From positions 16,149 through 80,148 of IMG/VR virus record IMGVR_UViG_2974555739_000001: 64,000 bases of DNA; one strand, written 5' to 3'. Below, one piece after another: positions 48,658 to 57,468 of this stretch (position 1 is its first letter; the number at the start of each line of letters is the position of its first letter). Position numbers and translations under genes: made by a program. Source of the DNA: a virus. Its lineage: Duplodnaviria > Caudoviricetes. A model generated the notes under the pieces. That model saw nothing but the letters and a program-made list of their open reading frames with translations, ran no database searches and was not told the DNA's origin.

Positions 48658-51146
48658 AAATAACATTAAATTCCAGGGAAAATAAACCATTAGATAATCC
48701 TCAAATGGTCATGAAGAAGAAATTAACATTGGGATCACCTCAAAACGATCCCCTACTTCTTCCTGTTGCTGTTGAACCTAAGTTACCAATAGTTAGACCT
48801 TCTACGGATGTAAACGTCAATGTGCGCCAATTTGAAAAGCCTGAAGCTAAACAGAAGAAAAAGTTAACTTTACCATCCTTTAATTTTCAACTAGCCGAAC
48901 CGATGAACACAACTTTTTCTGTAAAGCCTGTTCCTACAACAGATAACGAAAAGATAAACGTATTCATAGAAGCTTTCGCAAATACTTACAAAGAATTTTT
49001 TAATCAAGTCCGGAATTTCTCGTACGGTGAAGATGGTTTGTCTATACCTCAACAGGATAAAATTTTCATGGAAACAGTTATAGACAACAAAAAGGTGCAA
49101 CAATTCATTACAACCAATGAGCACCAGGAAGAATATGTAGAGCAGCAAATAGGATTTACATGGTACAAAGCTCAAGTATTAAAGCAGCATAAAGAAGTTA
49201 TTGATTTCGATGTGGATAAGTCAATTATTTATGAATTCACACTGAAATTCACACCGGCCCTAACATTAAAACCACATGAAAAGCTGTCAGATAAGATGTT
49301 ACGTGATTTCCTTGAGCTTAGTAAATTGTTCAGGGATGATGAAAAAGCGCTGATCCAGTTTGGATTTCAACCATCAGAAAACGATTGGTATAAAGAAGGG
49401 AACGTTCAACTGAAGGACTTACCAACTAAAATCAAGAAGAGTGAGTACAGTACTAACAAGATGGGATATTCAGCGTTTGATTGTTGCTTGAGACTAATTG
49501 TTCAAAGTAACGATAAAATACGCTTAGAAACGATATCACGCGGTCTAGTTAGTACGTTGAAACGGTTAGAACATGACAATGAACTTATTGCCAAACAGAT
49601 AAAACCAAAAAGAGCCAAACAATTCTACAAACGTAAGGTATTGGGCCGCAAAGTAGATGTTCCTTTATCATTCAGAAAGCGGTTCATTTTAACGAACAAG
49701 GAAATAGCACACTTTATCGTACTTCCTAACCGATCACTTCAGAAAGATTATCACCTGGAAGTAGATGAAAAAGGTGTGACGGCTGTTGATCCGTCTTTAT
49801 TAGGAAAGAAAGGCATTTGGTTAGGTAACGGTAAAGTTAAAGGGAATGATGTTGCGGTTAAAATACCTGTTGATAATTTAGATCATCTTTGTGGAGCTTA
49901 CGCATTCATCGGTTCTAAACGTATGGGTAAAGATGTATCTTGTGCTAGGTTCATCATAGAAAACGCTAAACAAGGTCATGGTGCTATTATAGGTGATTGT
50001 ATTGATGAAGCAGGAAGGGGATTAGCTGATTTGATTAGGCAAAACCTACCTGAAAATAAAGTGATAGATGTTGATTTGTGCGATACTGAAAATCCTATTT
50101 ACTTTGGACTTGACGATGTAATTGAATCTATAGGTAGTGGTGGTATTGATGTTATTTCTAATGATTTAGTTCAAATTTTAGACCTGGATAAGAACTATAC
50201 ATCAAAGCAGCTTGCTCGTCTTGTGGCAAAGGCATGTAAATGTAACCTTTATAATATGATGGTTTTCCTAAAGTCAGATAAAATAGCTAGAGAATTTCAA
50301 CAGAAAATCAAAGATGAAGGTAACGACATATTAGCTTTACAACTTGAACATGAGTATTTTGAAGCTAATCATTCATCAGCAGTTAAAGGAGCTGTAATTA
50401 ACCGTTTGGATGAAATGATGAATATGTCCATTATGAAGAATTTATTCGCTTGTCCTAGAAACAAAAAATTCGATCTCCAAAAATTTATCCAGCAGAACAA
50501 AGTAGTTCTGATTCGTATGAAGAAGACCGGTGGTTTCGGTGAAATGGGAACACGAGTAATTATGAATCTTCTGTTATTAAAAATATTTTGGTTGAAGAAA
50601 ATCAAAAAGACAGACAATGTTACTTTCACTGTATTTAACGAATTTCATCAATATGATACCGAACCATTCAATCGCACTTTATCGGATATGTTATTAGAAT
50701 CAGCGAAGTACAGATTAGGAACGTGTCTTGTATTCCATACACCCGAAAAAATAAATAGGATGTTATGGGAAACTATCCAGGCCGCTTCTACAAATTTCTT
50801 CATGTTCAAAAATACAAACCTTAACGTTTATCGTTCGTTGGTGGATCAGTTAAAACCATTTGATTTAGACGCTTGTTTCAAAACAAAAAAACACGAAAGT
50901 ATATATTTACCCTTCGTGAATGGAAAGCAGTTAGAGCCTATATTTATGAAAATGTTACCTACTGACAGATTAGATCACACTTATGATAGTGAAAAACATA
51001 CAGCTCTTTATGGTACACCCTTACATTTAGTCGAGAAGAAAGTTTACGAAACTGAATTAAGAATGTACCAAAAAGAAGAACTTGAAGAAAAAGAAGAAAA
51101 AACTGAAGAAAAACCGAAAAAATCCAAAAAATCGAAGAAAAGTTGA
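48654..51146 (+). CDS. VirD4/TraG/HerA-like P-loop ATPase with degenerate Walker motifs
   Basis: AFIGSKRMGKD at Walker A position; FTVFNEFHQ at Walker B position; ESAKYRLGTCLVFH corresponds to E.RK..L.l.la.Q. Confidence 0.65.
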   Translation: MKITLNSRENKPLDNPQMVMKKKLTLGSPQNDPLLLPVAVEPKLPIVRPSTDVNVNVRQFEKPEAKQKKKLTLPSFNFQLAEPMNTTFSVKPVPTTDNEKINVFIEAFANTYKEFFNQVRNFSYGEDGLSIPQQDKIFMETVIDNKKVQQFITTNEHQEEYVEQQIGFTWYKAQVLKQHKEVIDFDVDKSIIYEFTLKFTPALTLKPHEKLSDKMLRDFLELSKLFRDDEKALIQFGFQPSENDWYKEGNVQLKDLPTKIKKSEYSTNKMGYSAFDCCLRLIVQSNDKIRLETISRGLVSTLKRLEHDNELIAKQIKPKRAKQFYKRKVLGRKVDVPLSFRKRFILTNKEIAHFIVLPNRSLQKDYHLEVDEKGVTAVDPSLLGKKGIWLGNGKVKGNDVAVKIPVDNLDHLCGAYAFIGSKRMGKDVSCARFIIENAKQGHGAIIGDCIDEAGRGLADLIRQNLPENKVIDVDLCDTENPIYFGLDDVIESIGSGGIDVISNDLVQILDLDKNYTSKQLARLVAKACKCNLYNMMVFLKSDKIAREFQQKIKDEGNDILALQLEHEYFEANHSSAVKGAVINRLDEMMNMSIMKNLFACPRNKKFDLQKFIQQNKVVLIRMKKTGGFGEMGTRVIMNLLLLKIFWLKKIKKTDNVTFTVFNEFHQYDTEPFNRTLSDMLLESAKYRLGTCLVFHTPEKINRMLWETIQAASTNFFMFKNTNLNVYRSLVDQLKPFDLDACFKTKKHESIYLPFVNGKQLEPIFMKMLPTDRLDHTYDSEKHTALYGTPLHLVEKKVYETELRMYQKEELEEKEEKTEEKPKKSKKSKKS

Positions 51147-51204
51147 CTTTAGTTTAACTTGAATTATCCAACTGTTTTAGTCAAGATTGACAGGAGGTGA
51201 ACTT

Positions 51205-51276
51205 ATGTTAACGATAATCGCGGTATCCTGGATCGTTTATATAGCAAATGAGCAATTAAAAAAGCCTTCCAATTAA
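51205..51276 (+). CDS. 23-aa hydrophobic peptide (MLTIIAVSWIVYIANEQLKKPSN)
   Basis: AGGAGGTG RBS; ends at a bidirectional terminator. Confidence 0.6.
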   Translation: MLTIIAVSWIVYIANEQLKKPSN

Positions 51277-51290
51277 GGAGGGCTTTATTT

Positions 51291-51863
51291 TTATACTACG
51301 TGTTTCCAGGTCTTGCGATTAACAATTTGTTTAATAGTGCTAGGTCTAACATCAAACATATTAGCTAAAGAATACGAATTGTATAATTTATCTCTCGCTT
51401 TGAAATGTTTTCTTATAAAACGAACATCATCTTCATTTAATTTTGTGTTTATGTTATCTGATCCATAATGAATAGGTGGTTTCAATCCTCTATTTTTGTT
51501 AGAAGCAAGACCAGTTTTAAAAGCATGTTTCATATTTTCACTTCTTGTAGACCATTCTAAATTTGAATGTTCATTGTTTTCTTTTTTTCCATCAATGTGA
51601 TTCACTTCTTTTCTGTTGATCGGATCATCGTTCTTAATAAATGAAAAAGCAACCAATCGATGTATTGCATGATTTTTTCTGATTTGTTCTTTGTTCGTTA
51701 AAGTAATCATATGGTATCCATAACTATTTACTTTAGGTTTCATGATACGACTTTTATAAGTTTTTCCTTTTATGACCCTAGTTAAACTTCGGATACGTCC
51801 GTAATCACTAACTTGATAATATCCTTCGTATCCTTCTATATCCTTCCAAATTTCATTCTCCAT
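51291..51863 (-). CDS. NUMOD4-HNH homing endonuclease
   Basis: EIWKDIEGYEGYYQVSDYGRIRS; HRLVA..F; VNHIDG.K.NN...NLEW; C-terminal HTH. Confidence 0.92.
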   Translation of the reverse strand: MENEIWKDIEGYEGYYQVSDYGRIRSLTRVIKGKTYKSRIMKPKVNSYGYHMITLTNKEQIRKNHAIHRLVAFSFIKNDDPINRKEVNHIDGKKENNEHSNLEWSTRSENMKHAFKTGLASNKNRGLKPPIHYGSDNINTKLNEDDVRFIRKHFKARDKLYNSYSLANMFDVRPSTIKQIVNRKTWKHVV

Positions 51864-51925
51864 TCCGATCACCTCTATTATCATCATACCCCTGTAAATG
51901 TTTTTTATACACAAAAAAAGACGGA

Positions 51926-52837
51926 TTAAATACCGTCTGTAAACTTTTCTAATTTATCATGTAGTTTTCTTTCGCTATCAACATAATTACGATAAGTCAC
52001 CGAAACGTCAGAATGACCTAGCATTTCACTAACGAAACTAATTTCTAAACCACTTTCAATTAATTCGGTAGCTCTTGTTTTTCTGAAAATGTGACTACTC
52101 AAGTTTTCAATGCCTGTTCTACTAGCTAAATTGTCCAGGATTTGATTGATACGTCTAGTTGATAAAGGCTTTTTAGTTCGATTTGATTCTAAAATATATT
52201 CAGAATTCCAAGTACGTCCTTCTTTCATTTCCATCAAGCGTTCATATGTTTTTTCGCTGATTAGTACAGTTCTTCTTTTTGACATACCACCTTTACCCTT
52301 ACCTAAAACAGTTAAGATATAACGACCAAAATCATTATCTAAATCACTCCATTTAGCATTCACAAGTTCACTTACACGAAGACCTCCATCAAAAAGAACT
52401 CTCACTATACATTCTTCCAAAAGATCATCAGAAACAAAAACTAACGTTTTGATTTCGGCTTTAGAAAGTGACTTTACTTTCTTTTTATTTTTAGCTGGTA
52501 AATAGCTACTCAATTCCTTTTTATCGATGAATGGAGCTTTCTTCATGCGTCCAGTACGGTTTAAGAACGAAAGGAACTCATTTGTGCTTACCGCTTTACG
52601 TTCGATTGTAGCAGCTGATGTATATTTGTGTTTAAGGTGATCGATGAAGTTAAGAAAATCTTCCTTCTCGAAGTTATTGATGTTCATATCTACATCGTTC
52701 TGTTCCATATAAGTAACGAACTGATTAACGTCCGAAATGTAATTGATAACTGTATTAGCTGATTTGTTGCGACCTAACTCCTTTTCAAAAAGATCGATGT
52801 AGTGATTTAACGTTTTAACATTGTTGTATTTAGCCAT
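51926..52837 (-). CDS. Tyrosine recombinase (XerC/D or integrase family)
   Basis: SAM-like N-terminus; GLRVSEL (R), GKG (K), SHIFRKT (HxxR), LGHSDVSVTYRNY (H/Y). Confidence 0.9.
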   Translation of the reverse strand: MAKYNNVKTLNHYIDLFEKELGRNKSANTVINYISDVNQFVTYMEQNDVDMNINNFEKEDFLNFIDHLKHKYTSAATIERKAVSTNEFLSFLNRTGRMKKAPFIDKKELSSYLPAKNKKKVKSLSKAEIKTLVFVSDDLLEECIVRVLFDGGLRVSELVNAKWSDLDNDFGRYILTVLGKGKGGMSKRRTVLISEKTYERLMEMKEGRTWNSEYILESNRTKKPLSTRRINQILDNLASRTGIENLSSHIFRKTRATELIESGLEISFVSEMLGHSDVSVTYRNYVDSERKLHDKLEKFTDGI

Positions 52838-52868
52838 TTTAATTTCCCCTTTCGGTTATCTTACTCTT

Positions 52869-52912
52869 AGTATACACACCAATAACCAATAAGTCAACTA
52901 TTTCTTATAAGT
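52869..52912 (-). promoter_or_regulatory. Recombinase promoter with adjacent 14-bp operator
   Basis: TTGACT-N17-TATACT; TATTTCTTATAAGT at 52899-52912 abuts the -35. Confidence 0.75.
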
Positions 52913-52963
52913 GAAATAATTTCTTTTCAGGTGAATAAAATGGACAAAATAGAATATAATAAT

Positions 52964-52991
52964 AAAAAAAGCACCGGATCAGCACCGGCGC
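52964..52991 (-). terminator. Rho-independent terminator
   Basis: GCGCCGG-TGCTGAT-CCGGTGC-TTTTTTT on the minus strand. Confidence 0.75.
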
Positions 52992-53000
52992 GATTGTTAG

Positions 53001-54851
53001 TTATAGATAAAGCTTTAATGTTCCTTGCAGCTTATCAATCTTATCATGAAGCATTTTAACTTCTTCTTGATGAAGTCGTTCAGCAGCATCAGCTTTTTCT
53101 AAAACGTTATCTAAATTCTTGCTCATTTCTTTGTTATGTTTAGCTATGATATCATTAGCTTCTTCAAATGCATCAAGTGTTTTCTGCTTGTTATCATTGC
53201 ATTCGTAAGCTTCTTCCAGCTCTTGTTTGTAAGAAAGAATAGCAGCTTCTAATTGATTAGCACGTTGCAATTCATCTTCATACAAACGTTTAAACTCATG
53301 CGCTTCACTTTCATAGCGATCACGTTCTTGAGAAACGTTGTCAAAATCATGTAATGTCTGTTCATATTTTTCGTTAATAGCAAAATGAGCAGCTTCGACT
53401 TCTCTTCTTTGCTTTAACACACGCTCATATGATTCATTGCGATTGTTGTAATCTTCTTCCAAATTAGTGTATCGCGCTGTTAATGAATCTAATTCTTTTT
53501 GTAAAAGTTGAGCTTTATCGACAATAGAATCACGTTCTGAAACCACTTGAGCAAATTGATCTTTTACATACTTAACGTTGCTATCTTTATGTTTGATGGA
53601 AGTTTGCAGCTGATTAATAACTGATTCTTTTTCCAATACTTTGTTTTCCCATGTTGTATTTAAAGTAGCAACAGCTTCTTCAAAACCTTCACGTTGTTGA
53701 TCCATTTGTTTCTGAATCCGTTTGATCTCCTGGTCACGAGAAGAAACTTGCGATTTATAGCTTTCAACTGTTTGCTCAAGATCAGTGATAACCTTGTCCA
53801 ATTTACTAACTTGTGAAGCTGATGTAGACGGTTTAATAGCAGTAGCCATCATATCTTTTGAATCCCCCTGTTGTTTCTTCTTAGTTGATACACCTTTGCG
53901 TTGATTTGAAATAACAGCGCTTTTAGTTGTATCAGTTAAACCATTTTCTTTCTTCCAACCATAATAAGAAGCGTTATTGAGTCTGAAGAATTTCATGATC
54001 TTACCGTTTGATTTACCTTCGTTACGCATTTTGTGATAAATTTCAACAGTCAATCCATTCAAAGGTTTTTTAGCGTTAAACATAGTAACAACACTCTCCT
54101 GTTTTTTAATATTTTTAGGACTAGGTTTTCTAACTACTTGTGCTCTCTCTTTCACTACGTTGTCGAATTGACCTTGACCTTTTAAATAATTTTCTAGCAG
54201 CGGTTTAACTTTGTTTTTGATAATACGCGAAACCTGGACTTGAGTAACGCCAATCAATTCACCAATTTCATTTTGCGTTTTACCATCCATCACAAGTTTG
54301 ACCACATTGACAGTACGTTCATCCAATGTTTCCAGGAACTCTTTTACAAAAGTATGGGAGTAATCGTCGAAATCACCAACTTGATCCGCTAGGGTAATGG
54401 GATCACCGTCATTTTCGTAAACAGTTTGTTCAATGAAAGCAGGATTTCGTACCTTCAAATAATATAATAACTCGTCTACTTCCGATAAGTCAAGCTCTAA
54501 TTTTTCAGCAATTTCTTCACGCTTCAATCCTTCGCATTCATTCATACGAAACTTAGCGGCCCATTCTTTCAAACGTCTAGGTGATTTAATAATACCATCA
54601 TCACGAATAAAACGTTGGATTTCACCGATCATCATAGGAACAGCGTAAGTTGACCACTTCACTTTAAAAGAATCGTCAAACTTATCGAAAGCTTTCAAAT
54701 AGCCAATAGAAGCTAATTGAAACAAATCATTGTTATCATAACCGCGATTCTGAAAACGATATACAACTGACCATATGAGCCTTAAATTACGTTGAACATG
54801 GTCATCCCTGTTTTCTAACACACCTTCAATCATTGTTTCAGTCTTATACAA
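53001..54851 (-). CDS. SigF/SigG-like sigma factor fused to an HTH and a long coiled coil
   Basis: N-terminal ~225 aa: DLFQLASIGYLKAFDKFD, WSTYAVPMMIGEIQRFIRDD, TQNEIGELIGVTQVQVSRI; then HTH-like segment and ~270 aa of heptads. Confidence 0.8.
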   Translation of the reverse strand: MYKTETMIEGVLENRDDHVQRNLRLIWSVVYRFQNRGYDNNDLFQLASIGYLKAFDKFDDSFKVKWSTYAVPMMIGEIQRFIRDDGIIKSPRRLKEWAAKFRMNECEGLKREEIAEKLELDLSEVDELLYYLKVRNPAFIEQTVYENDGDPITLADQVGDFDDYSHTFVKEFLETLDERTVNVVKLVMDGKTQNEIGELIGVTQVQVSRIIKNKVKPLLENYLKGQGQFDNVVKERAQVVRKPSPKNIKKQESVVTMFNAKKPLNGLTVEIYHKMRNEGKSNGKIMKFFRLNNASYYGWKKENGLTDTTKSAVISNQRKGVSTKKKQQGDSKDMMATAIKPSTSASQVSKLDKVITDLEQTVESYKSQVSSRDQEIKRIQKQMDQQREGFEEAVATLNTTWENKVLEKESVINQLQTSIKHKDSNVKYVKDQFAQVVSERDSIVDKAQLLQKELDSLTARYTNLEEDYNNRNESYERVLKQRREVEAAHFAINEKYEQTLHDFDNVSQERDRYESEAHEFKRLYEDELQRANQLEAAILSYKQELEEAYECNDNKQKTLDAFEEANDIIAKHNKEMSKNLDNVLEKADAAERLHQEEVKMLHDKIDKLQGTLKLYL

Positions 54852-54879
54852 ATCTATTCCCCCTTTTCATTGGTACGGC

Positions 54880-55251
54880 CTATTCTTGTTCCATTTCATT
54901 AACCAACAGCTTAGATACGAATTTAACTACACCGCCGGTAAAATCAGCTACGATTTCCAGTGACATAATGTGTTTACTTCCAAACGATCCTAGCTTGTAC
55001 AATGAAATGGTACGATTAAATTTATTGTCCGGATTGTCAGAAGTTTTAAGTATGTAGCCTAGACGTTGAAACTCTTCCATTGATCCGCAACCACTAACCA
55101 AAATCAATTGCTGGTAACTATTTTCCACAACTTCATTGTACTTCTGATGAATCAATTCAAACATTTTCGTGTAGTTAACCTTATCTGATGTTGCAGCATC
55201 AGCATTAAGAGCTTTCACACGCTTGTAATTAACAACGTATTCTTCTTCCAT
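54880..55251 (-). CDS. Hypothetical protein
   Basis: 123-aa ORF with AGGGGG RBS. Confidence 0.55.
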   Translation of the reverse strand: MEEEYVVNYKRVKALNADAATSDKVNYTKMFELIHQKYNEVVENSYQQLILVSGCGSMEEFQRLGYILKTSDNPDNKFNRTISLYKLGSFGSKHIMSLEIVADFTGGVVKFVSKLLVNEMEQE

Positions 55252-55254
55252 AAC

Positions 55255-55485
55255 CTATAACCCCCTGATAATTTTAAATGCATTCAAGACGTATTCTTGA
55301 TGTAATTCCTGTTCTAGCGTGTACCACCCTATAACTTTGTGGCAAGTCTTACCTTTATTTAACCAAACATTTCCTAATTCGTCAACAATAATATTATATC
55401 CTAATGAATCAGCGTACATTTCGCAACTTTCTTTCACACGCTTTAAATCGTCATCTAAACCTGCTGTCAATTTACTTCCAAACAT
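55255..55485 (-). CDS. Hypothetical protein
   Basis: GAGGTG RBS; ORF track 55255..55494. Confidence 0.55.
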   Translation of the reverse strand: MFGSKLTAGLDDDLKRVKESCEMYADSLGYNIIVDELGNVWLNKGKTCHKVIGWYTLEQELHQEYVLNAFKIIRGL

Positions 55486-55539
55486 GATTTCCACCTCTTT
55501 TTAAAATTTGTTGTATCAAAACTGAATAACAAGGGAACA

Positions 55540-55790
55540 GTTAAATAATAATTAAATAATATATATAATTAAATATAATTTATAATTAAATATAATTAAC
55601 ATTTCTATTTATATTATAATTAAAATATAATTAACAGTTCAAGTAAATATAGTTCTTTATTAACAATTAAATATAATTAATAATTATTTATAACTAACAA
55701 TTAAAACACTAATAACAATTAGCCTTAACCAACAAGAATCTTTATTTAATAATTAACAATAACTAATAACAAATATAAAAACATTATCGA
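55540..55790. repeat. Extremely AT-rich tract of TATAATTAA-type repeats (candidate replication origin)
   Basis: Noncoding; many TAATTAA/ATAATTAA copies; lies at a minus-to-plus strand switch. Confidence 0.6.
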
Positions 55791-55814
55791 TCAAAAAAAT
55801 GTGCGAAGAAATTG

Positions 55815-55843
55815 TTGCACCGTCTTCCAGGATCAGTTATAAT
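55815..55843 (+). promoter_or_regulatory. Sigma-A promoter
   Basis: TTGCAC-N17-TATAAT upstream of the antirepressor. Confidence 0.7.
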
Positions 55844-55874
55844 ACAAGCATAACGATATGGGAGGTAGTAAAAA

Positions 55875-56618
55875 ATGAAAAGTGAATTAGTTTTTGTTAA
55901 AGAGGAACAGGTTCTAACTGACAGTTTATTGATTGCTAACACATTCGGAATTCGTCACGACAATGTTATTCGTGATATCGAAGTACACATTGATAAGTTG
56001 AATGAAGCTGGTGAGCAAGAATATGCAGAACTCAACTTTGAGGAATCCCATTATACCAACGTTTACGCGGTGGGTATAGCAAAGAATCGCCAATACAAGA
56101 AATACAATCTAACTGAAGACGGTTTTATGTTGGTCATTATGTCATATGTAACTCCTGCTGCAATGTCAATGAAAGTTGCGTTCCTTGCAGAATTCAAGAA
56201 GATGAAGGAATACATTCAGAACAATTTGAAGCAACCTTCATATATGATTGGTGATCCGATTGCTAGAGCTGAAAAGTGGATCGAAGAACAAAAGGAAAAG
56301 CAATTGTTAGAACAGCTGGTAACAATTCAAAAACCTAAAGTTGAATCATATGACCGCTACATAGATAGCGAAGGTTCTTATTGCATCCGTGACGTTGGTA
56401 AAATTTTAGGTTATGGTCAGAAAGAATTTTTCGCGCTGCTTCGTGAGAATGAAATTTTATACAAGAACCGGAATGTTCCATATCAGAAGTTTGTAGATGA
56501 TGGGTATTTTGCACTAAAGACAGGTTCAGGTGTCCACTCTGAAAAGACATACATTCAATCTCGTATCACTACAAAAGGATTGGATTGGTTATCGAAGAAA
56601 TTTAAAAAGGTATCATAA
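55875..56618 (+). CDS. Rha-family/KilAC (ANT) antirepressor-like protein
   Basis: LTDSLLIA..FG.RH.NV.RDIE and Y.LTEDGF.L..M Rha motifs; QKPKV...D...I..V.KIL...FF..LR...ILYK...PYQ KilAC motifs. Confidence 0.88.
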   Translation: MKSELVFVKEEQVLTDSLLIANTFGIRHDNVIRDIEVHIDKLNEAGEQEYAELNFEESHYTNVYAVGIAKNRQYKKYNLTEDGFMLVIMSYVTPAAMSMKVAFLAEFKKMKEYIQNNLKQPSYMIGDPIARAEKWIEEQKEKQLLEQLVTIQKPKVESYDRYIDSEGSYCIRDVGKILGYGQKEFFALLRENEILYKNRNVPYQKFVDDGYFALKTGSGVHSEKTYIQSRITTKGLDWLSKKFKKVS

Positions 56619-56703
56619 CAACTAATCAACTTCCTAAAATTGGTCATTTACTAGGTTAATCTCCTGGTGATATGATTGATTTCGAAAGGGAGTTGATTTT
56701 TTT

Positions 56704-57306
56704 ATGAAGAAAATCGTAGCAACTACAGCATTAGCAGCTGCTTTACTAATTCCAACTACAAGTTTAGCCGCTACTACCTACACTGTACAACCAAATGATA
56801 CAATGTGGAAGATTGCAGTTAAGAATAAAGTAGGGGTACAAGAATTAATCAATGCAAATTCTTCGCTCAAGAATCCAAATTTAATCTATGTGGGCCAAAA
56901 GTTAACGATCCCCACACAAGATAGTTCATATGAGCAACAGGTTATTAAGTTAGTTAATGCTGAAAGAGCAAAGGCCGGTCTTAAACCATTAAAGGAAAAT
57001 TGGGAGCTATCGCGTGTAGCTGAATTCAAGTCGAAGGATATGAGGGATAATAATTACTTCGATCACAATTCAAAAACATACGGATCACCTTTTACTATGA
57101 TTAAAAATTTTGGTATCTCATATAAAACAGCAGGGGAAAATATTGCAGCTGGTCAGAAAACACCTGAAGAAGTGATGAAGTCGTGGATGAATTCACCAGG
57201 GCATAAGGCGAATATTCTCAATGCAGGATATACACAAATCGGTGTAGGTTATGTTACCGGCGGTAGTTATGGTTCGTATTGGACACAACAATTTATTTCA
57301 CAATAA
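56704..57306 (+). CDS. Secreted LysM plus CAP/SCP domain protein (SafA/YkwD-like)
   Basis: Signal peptide; YTVQPNDTMWKIA...NPNLIYVGQKL.IP; VIKLVN.ER...GENIAAGQ..PEEV...WMNSPGH..NIL. Confidence 0.9.
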   Translation: MKKIVATTALAAALLIPTTSLAATTYTVQPNDTMWKIAVKNKVGVQELINANSSLKNPNLIYVGQKLTIPTQDSSYEQQVIKLVNAERAKAGLKPLKENWELSRVAEFKSKDMRDNNYFDHNSKTYGSPFTMIKNFGISYKTAGENIAAGQKTPEEVMKSWMNSPGHKANILNAGYTQIGVGYVTGGSYGSYWTQQFISQ

Positions 57307-57309
57307 GCC

Positions 57310-57338
57310 TTGACTCTTCGTTGGTAAGGCCATATAAT
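57310..57338 (+). promoter_or_regulatory. Near-consensus sigma-A promoter
   Basis: TTGACT-N17-TATAAT. Confidence 0.75.
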
Positions 57339-57374
57339 ATTAACAACGGATAATTATTTCGTACTTTTCTCATT

Positions 57375-57407
57375 AGACTGTAGGTGTGGAAACCTATGGT
57401 CTTTTTT
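57375..57407 (+). terminator. Rho-independent terminator
   Basis: AGACTGTAGGT-GTGGAA-ACCTATGGTCT-TTTTT. Confidence 0.75.
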
Positions 57408-57468
57408 GTGTCTCAATATTATCTCAAGTGGGTATGATGATGTTAACAAATCACGAGAGGGGTATGAG

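Noticed and set aside
47429-51276. Integrated conjugative element or complete T4SS
   Set aside because: No relaxase, VirB4/VirB6/VirB8 set or flanking att repeats were recognised; codon style matches the phage.
52860-52920. dif-like or attP site next to the recombinase
   Set aside because: The palindrome there is the recurring promoter operator; no match to Bacillus dif arms was seen.
56640-56680. Sporulation-sigma promoter for the LysM-CAP gene
   Set aside because: Only a partial match (AC-N18-GATATGAT); too weak to call.
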